Origin: Planctomycetota bacterium
GTDB taxonomy: Bacteria > Planctomycetota > UBA1135 > UBA2386
Assembly (NCBI GenBank): GCA_046290465.1
Contig: JBKAGP010000001.1
Location: 896,001-960,000, forward strand
Length of the DNA stretch: 64,000 nucleotides
Direction of reading: 5' to 3'
Under the pieces are notes generated by a model. That model was not told the origin of the DNA and did not search any database. It saw only the letters and a program-made list of their open reading frames with translations. Position numbers and translations under genes: made by a program. Positions 27,975-36,937 of the stretch are shown here, one piece after another. Numbering within the stretch: position 1 is the stretch's first letter; each line of letters opens with the position of its first letter.

Positions 27975-28567
27975 GCCTCTCCGAGACCTCCCAGGTAGCC
28001 CTTGAGCCGACCGAGCGCCCGCACGTAGCGGTTGCTGGCGGCGTTCTCCTGGATGCCCAGAACGGTCGCGACGTCCTTGTTCGACAGGTCCTCGAAGTGT
28101 CGCAGCATCAGCACCTCACGGTCGATCTCGTCCATCTCCTGGAGCGCGCCTTCGATCTTGGTGCGGATCTCCTCGCGCATCATCGCGCGCGACGGGGACG
28201 TGATGTGTCCAACGAACAGACCCGACATCGTCCCACTTTGCGGCGCGGCCACTTCCTTGCCGGCGGTGCGCATCTTGGCGCCGAGGTGCTTGCGGTGCAG
28301 GTCGATCATCGTCTGCTGCGTGATCAGCCGGATCCACACCAGGAACGGCTTGTCGTCGTCGCGGTAGGCCTGCAGCCGCTTCTCGGCCTCCAGGAACGTC
28401 TCCTGCAGCACGTCGTCGGCGTCGATGCGGCCGACCAGGCGCGGGTCGAGGCGAAACTGCACCATGCGCGCCAGCCGGTCTCGGTGGTTCTCGAACAGCG
28501 GGCCCAGCGCCGCGTCCTCGCCACAGCGCAGCCGCTGCTCGAGCGGTTCGTCTTCGACAGGATCCAT
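27971..28567 (-). CDS. ECF-type sigma-70 factor (planctomycete TIGR02984-like)
   Basis: RLARMVQFRLDPRLVGRIDADDVLQETF, SPSR, DREVLMLRHFEDLSN, RYVRALGRL; translationally coupled to the kinase. Confidence 0.88.
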   Translation of the reverse strand: MDPVEDEPLEQRLRCGEDAALGPLFENHRDRLARMVQFRLDPRLVGRIDADDVLQETFLEAEKRLQAYRDDDKPFLVWIRLITQQTMIDLHRKHLGAKMRTAGKEVAAPQSGTMSGLFVGHITSPSRAMMREEIRTKIEGALQEMDEIDREVLMLRHFEDLSNKDVATVLGIQENAASNRYVRALGRLKGYLGGLGEA

Positions 28568-28720
28568 CGTGCACGACAGTAGCCGCTGGCGCGGCGCCGG
28601 TTGCCTGCCGGTTCGTACTTCGTTGGTCGCGGTCACGCCGCCGGACGGCCACATGCTGCCTTCGCATCGGAATCCGCAAACGATCTGCCGTTCGCGGTGG
28701 GCGTCGCCGATGCGCTGCGT

Positions 28721-30331
28721 TCAGCGGCAGCGACCGATCAGGCGCGCGCGGAACCCCGCGGCGTGCACCGGTCCGCGGCGCTGCCGCGACCGCTCGAGCG
28801 CGGCCGGCAGCAGCCGCCGCGCCGCGATCGCGAGACCCGACGGCGTATCGGCCCGCACGGTCACCAGGTAGCCGCCGCCGGCAGGAGCCCGCTGCAGCAC
28901 GTCGTCCGCGCGGTCGTCGGCCGCGACCACCAGGCGATCGCCTGGCGCGGGGTTCGAGCCGACGACGCGCACCCCGACCCGGTCGACCAGCACGGTGAAC
29001 TCGCGCCAGGCGTTGCGGTCGTGGCGGGTCGGGTCGCGCACGAAGAAGACCTCGTCGACCGAGCCGAGCCAGCACTCGCGCAGCAGCGCGTGCAGCGACT
29101 CGCGGGTCCAGTCCGGCGAGCCGACGTCGACGACCAGCGCGTCGTCCGACGCGACGGCGCCCATCCGGTAGCAGCCGAACGGCACGCCGTCGTCGCCGCC
29201 GGCGCGCAGCGCCTGGAACAGCGCCGCGGTCGCGTCGGCCATCGCCCCGAGATCCTGCGCGCGCACGACCAGCCGTTCGCCGACGTCGAGCACGAACGCG
29301 GCGTCGAGCCGTGGCTCGAGCCGCAGCACCAGGTCGCCGGCCGCGCCGGCGTCGCCGTCGACGAGGCCGGGGCGCGAGGTCGCGGGCAGGTCCAGCTGGT
29401 CCAGCAGGTAGGCGGCGAGCGGCCGCAACTCCGCGGGGGTGTGGCACCGCGCGCCGCGCCCGAGCCGGAACGCGCCGTCGCCGGCGTCGGTGCGCTCCAG
29501 ACGCGGCACCACCGGCAGCTCGGCCCAGCGGCCGCGGCGCTGCTGCCGCTGGTCCTGCGCGAACAGCCAGTCGAGGCCACCGTCCGGACCGTAGGCGACC
29601 TGCCACGCGTCGTGCTCGACACCGGGTAGCTGGTGCGCCTGCAGCGGCATGCCGTGGCGGGCAAACGCCGCGAGCATCGCGCGCGTCTGGTCGATCGGCA
29701 CGACCGGATCGTCGACGCCGTGAAAGACCTGCATCGGCAGCCCGCACAGCGCGCCCACCCGCGTCGGGTCGCCGCCGCCGCAGACCGCGAGCGCCGCCGC
29801 GAACCGATCGGCGTGCCGCATGGCCAGGTCCCACGTGCCGTAGCCGCCCATCGACAGGCCGGTCAGGTAGACCCGCGCCGGATCGACGCCGTCGCGCCGC
29901 AGCACCTCGTCGAGCGCCTGCAGCACCGCCCGCATCGGTCGCGACGGCCGGTCGGGCATCGGTTGGGGTTCGCGCTCGCCCCACGCCACCTCGACCCAGC
30001 GCGCGTCGTCGGGGCACTGCAGCGCCAGCAGGTAGCACGGGTAGCGTTCGCGCAGCTCCGGCCGCGCCAGGCGCTGCGGCAGCCACGTCAGCTGCCGCAG
30101 GTTGTCGTCGCCGCGTTCGCCGGCGCCGTGCAGGAACACCACCAGCGGGCGCGCGACGTCGCGCTGGTCGGGCCGCGGCGTCAGCAGCCGGTACGGGTAG
30201 CGCACGCCCTCGACCTCGACGGCGTGCGCCTCGAACGCCTCGACGTCGGGCTGCGGGCGCTGCTGGCCGTGGGCGGGCGCCATCAGTGCGACCAACAGCA
30301 GGCTGGAAAGCGGGATCGGATAGGCGCGCAC
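28721..30331 (-). CDS. Secreted alpha/beta-hydrolase (phospholipase/carboxylesterase-like) with C-terminal GH20 domain-2-like region
   Basis: PLVVFLHGAGERGDDN, nucleophile motif GLSMGG, FHGVDDPVVP, EHDAW; C-terminal VVPRLERTDAGDGAFRL resembles the start of hexosaminidase domain 2. Confidence 0.7.
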   Translation of the reverse strand: MRAYPIPLSSLLLVALMAPAHGQQRPQPDVEAFEAHAVEVEGVRYPYRLLTPRPDQRDVARPLVVFLHGAGERGDDNLRQLTWLPQRLARPELRERYPCYLLALQCPDDARWVEVAWGEREPQPMPDRPSRPMRAVLQALDEVLRRDGVDPARVYLTGLSMGGYGTWDLAMRHADRFAAALAVCGGGDPTRVGALCGLPMQVFHGVDDPVVPIDQTRAMLAAFARHGMPLQAHQLPGVEHDAWQVAYGPDGGLDWLFAQDQRQQRRGRWAELPVVPRLERTDAGDGAFRLGRGARCHTPAELRPLAAYLLDQLDLPATSRPGLVDGDAGAAGDLVLRLEPRLDAAFVLDVGERLVVRAQDLGAMADATAALFQALRAGGDDGVPFGCYRMGAVASDDALVVDVGSPDWTRESLHALLRECWLGSVDEVFFVRDPTRHDRNAWREFTVLVDRVGVRVVGSNPAPGDRLVVAADDRADDVLQRAPAGGGYLVTVRADTPSGLAIAARRLLPAALERSRQRRGPVHAAGFRARLIGRCR

Positions 30332-30364
30332 GGCATCGTGGTCGGGCGGAGGACGTCGGTGGGG

Positions 30365-31873
30365 TCAGGTGACCGGCGGGCCGTCGGTCGCCGCGACCGC
30401 CGAGCCGGCAAGGTAGCCGCGCAACACCGCTGCCGGCAGGTCCTCGCCGCAGAACAGCCGGACCTGCGCACGGGCCTGCGCGAGGAACATCTCGACGCCG
30501 GGCACGGCGCGCGCGCCGGCAGCCGCGCAGTCGCGCAGCAGCCGGGTCCAGGTCGGCCGGTAGACCAGGTCGTGCACGATCACGTCGTCGCCGGGCACGT
30601 AGTCGGGCAGCAGCCGTTCGTCGCCGTCGCGGCCCTGGCTGCCGACCGGCGTCGCCTGCACCAGCACCTTGGGCCGCAGCTGCTTCAGCACGTTCTCGCT
30701 GAGGCTGCCGAGCTTGATGCCGTGCACGTCGGCGAAGCTGCGCGCCGCGTCGAGCGAACGACCGAGCATGGTCACCTGGTAGCCGAGCTGGCGCAGCGCG
30801 AACGCGGCGGCGCGGGCGGCGCCGCCGGCGCCGAGCACGACCGCCGGGTCCCCGTCGGCGGCGACGGCGCCGGCCTGGGTCAGCGCATCGCGCACGCCGA
30901 GCACGTCGGTGTTGTAGCCGACGAAGCCGCCGCCGTCGGCGGGCACCATCGTGTTGACGACGCCGACCGCCGACGCCTCGTCGCTGGTGTGCACGCACGC
31001 ATCGAGCATGCGTTCCTTGAACGGCGCGGTGACCGAGAAGCCGCCGACGCGGTCGGCCGGCAGCATGCCGATGACCGCTTCCGGCCGCGAGGTCTCCAGC
31101 GGCAGGTAGACCGCATCCAGGCCGAGGCGACGGAACGCGCGGTTGTGCAGCCACGGCCCGAGCGACTGCAGCGCCGGGTTGCCGAGCAGGCCGAACCAGC
31201 GCGTCGCCGGCCCGAGCCGCTGCACGCGGTAGATGCCGGCCAGCATCGCGACCGTCGGCTGGTCGGGCACCACCACCTCGCGCGCATCGAGCGCGCCGTA
31301 GACGAACGGCGCTCCCATCGCCGCGGCCATCACCCGGGTCGGCCACGCGGTCCGCCCCATCGCGAACGCCGTCGTCGGCTGCTCGTCCTGGTCGGTCCGC
31401 CGCAGCAGTTCGAGCACCGGCGCGGCATCGGCGAGGTCGTGCGCGGTGACCACCAGCTTGACGACCGTTCCGGGCGTCGACAGCTCGTCGCGGATCCGCC
31501 CGAGCTCCTTGGGCACGCCGGTGAAGCTGTGGAACGAACGGATCCGCAGCTTGAGGCCGGTGTGGCCGGCCGGCGGCGTCCAGGTCTCCCACTGCTCGAG
31601 GTCGATGCCCTGCGCCCCCGAACGCAGCGCGTGCGTCAGCAGTTCGCGGCGCGCGGTCAGCGTGCCGCGGTACGCACCGCCGTCCTCGGGCGTGCGGCAG
31701 GCGACCAGCACCGGCAGGCCGATCGCCGCGATGACGCCCTCGAGGTCGTCGGCGGCCTGCCAGGTGTCGAGGCGCAGTTCGACCCAGTCGGCGCCGAGCA
31801 TCGCGGCGCGCCGGGCGTCGCGCACCACCTGCGCGCGGGTCCGCGCGAGCACGCTGGCGATGATCTGGGCCAT
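30365..31873 (-). CDS. aroDE: Bifunctional type I 3-dehydroquinate dehydratase / shikimate dehydrogenase
   Basis: ADWVELRLD, CRTPEDGG, SFH, VKLV, FAMG...R; then GLLGNP, GFSVTAPFK, VNT, NTD, LGAGGAARA, DLVYRP, GVEMFLAQA. Confidence 0.88.
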   Translation of the reverse strand: MAQIIASVLARTRAQVVRDARRAAMLGADWVELRLDTWQAADDLEGVIAAIGLPVLVACRTPEDGGAYRGTLTARRELLTHALRSGAQGIDLEQWETWTPPAGHTGLKLRIRSFHSFTGVPKELGRIRDELSTPGTVVKLVVTAHDLADAAPVLELLRRTDQDEQPTTAFAMGRTAWPTRVMAAAMGAPFVYGALDAREVVVPDQPTVAMLAGIYRVQRLGPATRWFGLLGNPALQSLGPWLHNRAFRRLGLDAVYLPLETSRPEAVIGMLPADRVGGFSVTAPFKERMLDACVHTSDEASAVGVVNTMVPADGGGFVGYNTDVLGVRDALTQAGAVAADGDPAVVLGAGGAARAAAFALRQLGYQVTMLGRSLDAARSFADVHGIKLGSLSENVLKQLRPKVLVQATPVGSQGRDGDERLLPDYVPGDDVIVHDLVYRPTWTRLLRDCAAAGARAVPGVEMFLAQARAQVRLFCGEDLPAAVLRGYLAGSAVAATDGPPVT

Positions 31874-31877
31874 GGGG

Positions 31878-32789
31878 TCAGGAGGGGTCGTGGTCGGAGG
31901 CGTCGTGGTCGGGGGCGTCGTCGCGCGCCCGCGAGGAGAGCAGGTCGGCCAGGCGTTCGCAAACGTCGTCGGGCAGGCCCTCGCCGCGGGCCAGCCGCAG
32001 CGCGTGCCGCATCAACGCGCGGTAGGCGTCGGTCGCCGCCCCGCCAGCCGCCTCGAGTTCGCGCAGGTGCGCGCCGACGGTGGCGTCGTCGCCGCGGCGG
32101 ACCGGCCCCGACAGCGCCGGCCCGGCGCCGTGCCGGCGCGAACCATCGCTCGCCGCCGCCATCAGAGCCGCGACCAAACGACCGGCATCGTCGCCGTCGA
32201 GCCCGCCGGCCTGGACCATCGCATCGCGCGCCAGCCCGAACAGCGCCGTCGCCCCGTTGGCCGCCAGCGCGCAGGCGGCGTGGTAGAGCGCGCGGTTCTG
32301 GTCGCCGCAGACGATCGGCTCGAGGCCCAGCATCCGGCTGAGCCGGCGCAGCAGCGTGAGGCTGCGTTCGCCGCCCTGCAGCAGCGCCGGTGCGCCGACC
32401 GTCACGGCGCTGTGCAACGACGCCGAGAACGGCACCAGCGGGTGCAGCGAGCCGAGTCGGACGCCGAGCGGTTCGGCCGGTCGCAGCACCGACAGGTCGA
32501 AGCGGCCGCTGGTGTGCAGCCACAGGCTGCAGCGGCGGCCGCCGACCGCCGCGGCGGCGGCGACGGCGTCGGCGAGCTGGCCGTCGCCGACCGCGAACAC
32601 CACCACGTGGGCGCGCTGCAGGTCGCGCCAGCCGAGCACGTCGCCGGTGCCGAGCGCGTCGACGGCACCGCGAGTCCGCTCCGGGTCCCGGCCGACGTAG
32701 CCGAGCACGTTCGCCGAAGCGCGCACGAAGCGCTCGGCGAACGCGGTGCCCACCCGGCCGGGGCCGACGATCGCGATCCGCACTGGCAT
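31878..32789 (-). CDS. Rossmann-like plus DUF2520 protein (PanG-type ketopantoate reductase candidate)
   Basis: IVGPGRVG, AVGD, HTSG, SLHPL, YHAACALAAN, ALSGPVRRGD; in the same operon as panC. Confidence 0.8.
   Translation of the reverse strand: MPVRIAIVGPGRVGTAFAERFVRASANVLGYVGRDPERTRGAVDALGTGDVLGWRDLQRAHVVVFAVGDGQLADAVAAAAAVGGRRCSLWLHTSGRFDLSVLRPAEPLGVRLGSLHPLVPFSASLHSAVTVGAPALLQGGERSLTLLRRLSRMLGLEPIVCGDQNRALYHAACALAANGATALFGLARDAMVQAGGLDGDDAGRLVAALMAAASDGSRRHGAGPALSGPVRRGDDATVGAHLRELEAAGGAATDAYRALMRHALRLARGEGLPDDVCERLADLLSSRARDDAPDHDASDHDPS
31881..31925. repeat. 15-nt tandem array (3 copies) forming the last codons of the DUF2520 gene
   Basis: ggaggggtcgtggtc / ggaggcgtcgtggtc / gggggcgtcgtcgcg, encoding RDDAPDHDASDHDPS. 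Confidence 0.6.
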
Positions 32790-32854
32790 TGCGCGTGGCA
32801 GGCTACCGGATCGCGGCCGGCGAGCCGACGGCGAACTGCCGGGCCCTCGACGCC

Positions 32855-33439
32855 CTACTGCCCGGCGGCCGCCTCGCCGCCCTCGGCGGCCTCGCGCCGG
32901 CGCCGCTCGCGCTCCTCCTGCCGCCGCTCGAGCTCCTCGACGTACTCGTCGTCGACGACCTCGCTGAGCTGGTCGAAGTCCTCGAACGACTTCGGCCGGT
33001 AGTCGGCCCCCGCCGCGCTCGCGGCTTCGACCTCCTCGACGTAGGCACGCACGACCGCCTTGTGCATCTCGATGCGGGTCGCGCTGTTGATCGGGTGTGC
33101 GAGGTCGGCGTGCAGCCGGGCGCGGCCGCGCGCGTCGCGCGGCGCACGTTCGGGATCGAGCCGGGCGCCGCAGTGGTTGCAGTACGACGCGCGCAGGTGG
33201 TTCTTGTGGTGGCAGCGCGAGCAGTGGTCGGACAGCTTGCGCGACGGCATCGCGACGAACGGACCGCGGTTGCCCTCGATGATCTTCAGGTCGCGCACGA
33301 CGAACGCATTGTCGATGGTGACGCTGCAGTAGGCCTTCAGCTTGTTGCGCGGGTCCTCGGTGAGCTTGACGCGCACCTCGGTGATCCGGAACGCGTGGCG
33401 TCCTTGATCCTCGGCGTCGTGGCTGGCTTGGTCGTGCAT
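32855..33439 (-). CDS. spoVG: SpoVG-family protein with zinc-ribbon insertion and acidic tail
   Basis: [50 protein letters not shown]; insert CSRC...CNHC. Confidence 0.88.
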   Translation of the reverse strand: MHDQASHDAEDQGRHAFRITEVRVKLTEDPRNKLKAYCSVTIDNAFVVRDLKIIEGNRGPFVAMPSRKLSDHCSRCHHKNHLRASYCNHCGARLDPERAPRDARGRARLHADLAHPINSATRIEMHKAVVRAYVEEVEAASAAGADYRPKSFEDFDQLSEVVDDEYVEELERRQEERERRRREAAEGGEAAAGQ

Positions 33440-33495
33440 CACCGTCTCCCTGTGGTGTCGTGCCTCGTGGCTTGTGGTGCAGTCCCCGGTCCGGA

Positions 33496-34464
33496 TCAGG
33501 CGAGCGGATCCGGTGGCGGATGGCACAGGGTCGCGGGCAGCTCCGTCGACGGTTGGTCGCCGTCGATCGCGGGGCCGGTCTTCGTCGTGACGAAGCCGGT
33601 TCCGCGGTGCTCGGTGTCCGCGAGCGCACGCTGCAGTTCCTCACGGCAGCGCGCGGCCTGCCCGGCATCGTCGGCGGCGACGAACAACGTGGAGCCGCTG
33701 CCCGACATGCGCACGTGCGCATGGCCGGCGTCGGCGATGGCGCGGCGCAGACGGCCGAGCTCCGGCCGCAGCTGCTCCGCAGCCGGTTCCAGTTCGTTGC
33801 AGTACCCGATGCCCATGGCAGCATCCCTGTTTCCGGGGACCGTATTCCTCGGGACGGTATCCGTGGCGGACGGTGAGGCCAACCGCCCTGCGTAGTTTTT
33901 GTACACGGCCGCGGTGTCGCAACCGTACGGCGGCAGCACCAGCACGAAGTGCCGCGCCGCGACCTGCTCGGGCTGCAGCTGGTCGCCGATGCCGCGCCCC
34001 CACTGGCTGCCACCGCGCAGGAAGAACGGCACGTCGGCGCCGAGCCGCACCGCCAGACCGGCCAGCTGGTCGTGCCCGAGCGGCGCGCCGAGCAGCTGGT
34101 TGGCCATGCGCAGCACGGCCGCGGCGTTGCTGCTGCCGCCGCCGAGGCCGCCGCCGTTCGGGATGCGCTTGTGCAGCTGCACGTGCAGACCGGAGTGGTG
34201 CGCGACCTCCTGCTGCAGCAGGCGCACGGCGCGCACCGCGAGGTTGCGTTCGTCGGCCGGCACCAGCAAGCGATCGTGCTCGGCCGTCACCGCGATCGAG
34301 ACGCCGGCGTCGCGCCGCACCACCGCGACGTCGTCGTGCAGGTCGAGCGCCTGGAACAGCGTGTCGAGCAGGTGGTAGCCGTCGTCGCGTCGGCCGGTGA
34401 CGCGCAGCACCAGGTTGAGCTTGGCGCGCGAACGCAGCCACAGCGCCGCCGGAGCGCCGCTCAA
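33496..34464 (-). CDS. ispE: 4-diphosphocytidyl-2-C-methyl-D-erythritol kinase
   Basis: [65 protein letters not shown] start overlaps the panC TGA. Confidence 0.93.
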   Translation of the reverse strand: MSGAPAALWLRSRAKLNLVLRVTGRRDDGYHLLDTLFQALDLHDDVAVVRRDAGVSIAVTAEHDRLLVPADERNLAVRAVRLLQQEVAHHSGLHVQLHKRIPNGGGLGGGSSNAAAVLRMANQLLGAPLGHDQLAGLAVRLGADVPFFLRGGSQWGRGIGDQLQPEQVAARHFVLVLPPYGCDTAAVYKNYAGRLASPSATDTVPRNTVPGNRDAAMGIGYCNELEPAAEQLRPELGRLRRAIADAGHAHVRMSGSGSTLFVAADDAGQAARCREELQRALADTEHRGTGFVTTKTGPAIDGDQPSTELPATLCHPPPDPLA

Positions 34465-35768
34465 CGATCGTCCTCGGCCGTCAGCGACAGGTTGTCGAGC
34501 AGCCGCACCGGTCGTTCGCCGTCGACGAACCGCCCGGCGACCAGCAGCCGGCCGCCGTCGACGTCGCCCGGCGCGAGTTCGCGCAGGTCGTCCTCGCGGC
34601 GCAGCTGCACGTAGTCGACCTCGCAGCGCGGCTCGGTGGCCAGGATCGCGTGCACCCGTTGCAGCAACGCATCGCGATCGCGCTGGCCGCGACGGAACTG
34701 CTCGCGCGCGCTGCACAGCGCCCGGTAGAGCACGGTCGCCGCCCGACGGTCCTCCGCGCCCAGGTAGACGTTGCGGCTCGACAGCGCCAGGCCGTCCGGC
34801 TCGCGCACGATCGCGCACGGCACGACCTGCAGCGGAAAGCCGAGGTCCTTGCACATGCGCCGGACCACGGCGACCTGCTGCGCGTCCTTCTGGCCGAAGT
34901 AGGCGCGGTGCGGCCGACACAGCGCGAACAGCCGCGCCACCACCGTGGCGACCCCGCCGAAGTGCCCGGCGCGCACGCCGCCCTCCATGCCGATGGCCTC
35001 GTCGCCGACCGCGACGTGGCTGCAGAAGTGCACGTCGTACATCTGGCCGACGTGCGGCGCGAACAGCGCGTCGACGCCGGCCTCGCGGCACAGCTGCAGG
35101 TCGCCGTCGAGGTCGCGCGGGTAGGCTTCGAAGTCCTCGCCGGGACCGAACTGCAACGGGTTGACGAACACCGTCGCCAGCACCCGGTCGCACTCGCGCC
35201 GCGCCGCCCGCATCAGGCTGGCGTGGCCTTCGTGCAGGCTGCCCATCGTCGGCACCAGACCGACCACGCAGCCGCCGGCCAGCCACTCCGAGGTGCGCTC
35301 GGTCAGCGCCGCGACCGAGTCCAGCACCGGGGTCGGCTCGTGCCGCGGCCGCGACGCGAGGTCGACGCCGAGCTCCTGCAGCGGTGTCGTGACGAACGGG
35401 CGTTCGTGCCAGCGCGGGTGCGGCACCACCAGCTCGCGCGTGTCGATGCGGCGGTCGCCGTAGAAGATCACGTCGAGGTCGAGCTCGCGCGGGTGGTTCT
35501 GCGGGTGCGGGAACGCGCGACCGGCCGCCCGCTCGAGTTCGCGCAGCACCGCCAGCAGCGCGTGCGGCGCCAGCGTCGTGCGCAGTTCGACGACGCCGTT
35601 GAGGAAGCGCCCCTGCGCCGGTCCGTCACCGACGAAGTCGGTCTCGAGCCACGACGAGACCCGTTCGACCCGGACCCCCGGGGTGGCGCGCAGGCCGTCG
35701 AGCGCGCGCACCAGGTGGCCCTCGCGTTCGCCGACATTGCTGCCGAGCGCGACGTATGCGGTCTCCAC
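34461..35768 (-). CDS. panC: FolK (HPPK) - pantoate-beta-alanine ligase fusion
   Basis: N-terminal YVALGSNVG, FLNGVV, PRELDLDVI, VVPHPRWHERPFV (FolK), continuing in frame into VPTMGSLHEGH, FVNPLQF, YPR, GHFGGV, FGQKDAQQ, REPDGLALSSRN, RLLDN (PanC). GTG start. Confidence 0.9.
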   Translation of the reverse strand: METAYVALGSNVGEREGHLVRALDGLRATPGVRVERVSSWLETDFVGDGPAQGRFLNGVVELRTTLAPHALLAVLRELERAAGRAFPHPQNHPRELDLDVIFYGDRRIDTRELVVPHPRWHERPFVTTPLQELGVDLASRPRHEPTPVLDSVAALTERTSEWLAGGCVVGLVPTMGSLHEGHASLMRAARRECDRVLATVFVNPLQFGPGEDFEAYPRDLDGDLQLCREAGVDALFAPHVGQMYDVHFCSHVAVGDEAIGMEGGVRAGHFGGVATVVARLFALCRPHRAYFGQKDAQQVAVVRRMCKDLGFPLQVVPCAIVREPDGLALSSRNVYLGAEDRRAATVLYRALCSAREQFRRGQRDRDALLQRVHAILATEPRCEVDYVQLRREDDLRELAPGDVDGGRLLVAGRFVDGERPVRLLDNLSLTAEDDR

Positions 35769-35769
35769 G

Positions 35770-36741
35770 TCAGTTCCGCGACGGCGTCGGCCGCGCCGGC
35801 AGGTCGTAGTCGTCGTCGACGTCGGCGTCGAGGTCGTCGTCGGAGTCGCCACCGGCGCCGCGCCGGAACACCACCCGGTAGATGCCGAGCAGCATGCCCC
35901 AGACGACGTAGCCGAGCGTCACCGTGACCAGCGCCAGCTGCCACTCGATCGCCGCGATCGCGACCAGCATCACCGCGCCGACCAGGAACGGCATGCTGTG
36001 GCGGCCCTTGGCCAGCGCGAACACCGCGTGCGGGTACGGCACGCGCGAGATCATCAGCAGGCCCATCAGGACCAGCATGCCCGGCATCGCCTTGACGATC
36101 AGATCGTAGTGCTCGGGCTTCAGCAGCCAGTTGCCGATCTCCGCCGACTCGCTGCCGCGGGTGCAGAACATCGCGACCAGCGCGCAGATCACCGCGGCGG
36201 CGGCCGGCGACGGCAGCCCCTTGAACTCGCGGTGGTCGTCCTCGTCGGCGCCGGTCTCGACGTTGAAGCGCGCCAGGCGCATCGCGGCGCCGAGCACGTA
36301 GACCGCGGCGGCGGCGTAGAACAGCTTGGGCCCGACCGGCAGCAGGCTGTTGGCGTCGGCCTGCGCGTGCCAGTCGATCAGCACCTTGGCGATGAACGCC
36401 GGCACCAGCCCGAACGTCACCATGTCCGCCAGGCTGTCGAGCTGCGCGCCGAAGTTGGACGTCTGGCCGGTCATGCGCGCGACCCGACCGTCGAGCGCGT
36501 CGCAGACCATCGCGACGAAAACCAGGATCGTCGCGACCTCGAAGTAGGGCAGCACGTCGGCGAAGCTCGCCCCCGGCGGCGTCAGCCGCAGCGCGTCGGC
36601 GACCTTGGCCATCGCGAGGAAGCCGAAGAACAGGTTGGCGAGCGTGACCATGCTGGGCAGCACGGGCACTTCCTTGAGGCGGCGGCGCAGGCGCTTCTTG
36701 CGGCGGCGCACGGGCGGGTCTTCGAGTCGCGGGGTGGTCAT
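35770..36741 (-). CDS. pssA: CDP-diacylglycerol--serine O-phosphatidyltransferase
   Basis: LPSMVTLAN, DALDGRVAR...FGAQLDSLAD, RLARFN, FKGLPSP; start uncertain (36741 or 36756). Confidence 0.85.
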   Translation of the reverse strand: MTTPRLEDPPVRRRKKRLRRRLKEVPVLPSMVTLANLFFGFLAMAKVADALRLTPPGASFADVLPYFEVATILVFVAMVCDALDGRVARMTGQTSNFGAQLDSLADMVTFGLVPAFIAKVLIDWHAQADANSLLPVGPKLFYAAAAVYVLGAAMRLARFNVETGADEDDHREFKGLPSPAAAAVICALVAMFCTRGSESAEIGNWLLKPEHYDLIVKAMPGMLVLMGLLMISRVPYPHAVFALAKGRHSMPFLVGAVMLVAIAAIEWQLALVTVTLGYVVWGMLLGIYRVVFRRGAGGDSDDDLDADVDDDYDLPARPTPSRN

Positions 36742-36937
36742 CGGCGAACGGGGCATCGTACGGCGCAGACGGGGCGACGAAAAGCCTCGAACGGCGCCGC
36801 GCCGGTCGCGCCGTAGCCGGGAACAGACGAACCCGGCACAACTTTGCATCGGCCGGCGGCGATCCGTTCCTGCACGATCTCCGCTTCGGCCGTATTGCGA
36901 CGGCCCCTTCCGTCCCTCGCAAGGTAGACCCCTGACG

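Noticed and set aside
30365..31873. AroD-AroE fusion as a novelty
   Set aside because: This fusion is already known from plants, Chlamydiae and Planctomycetes.
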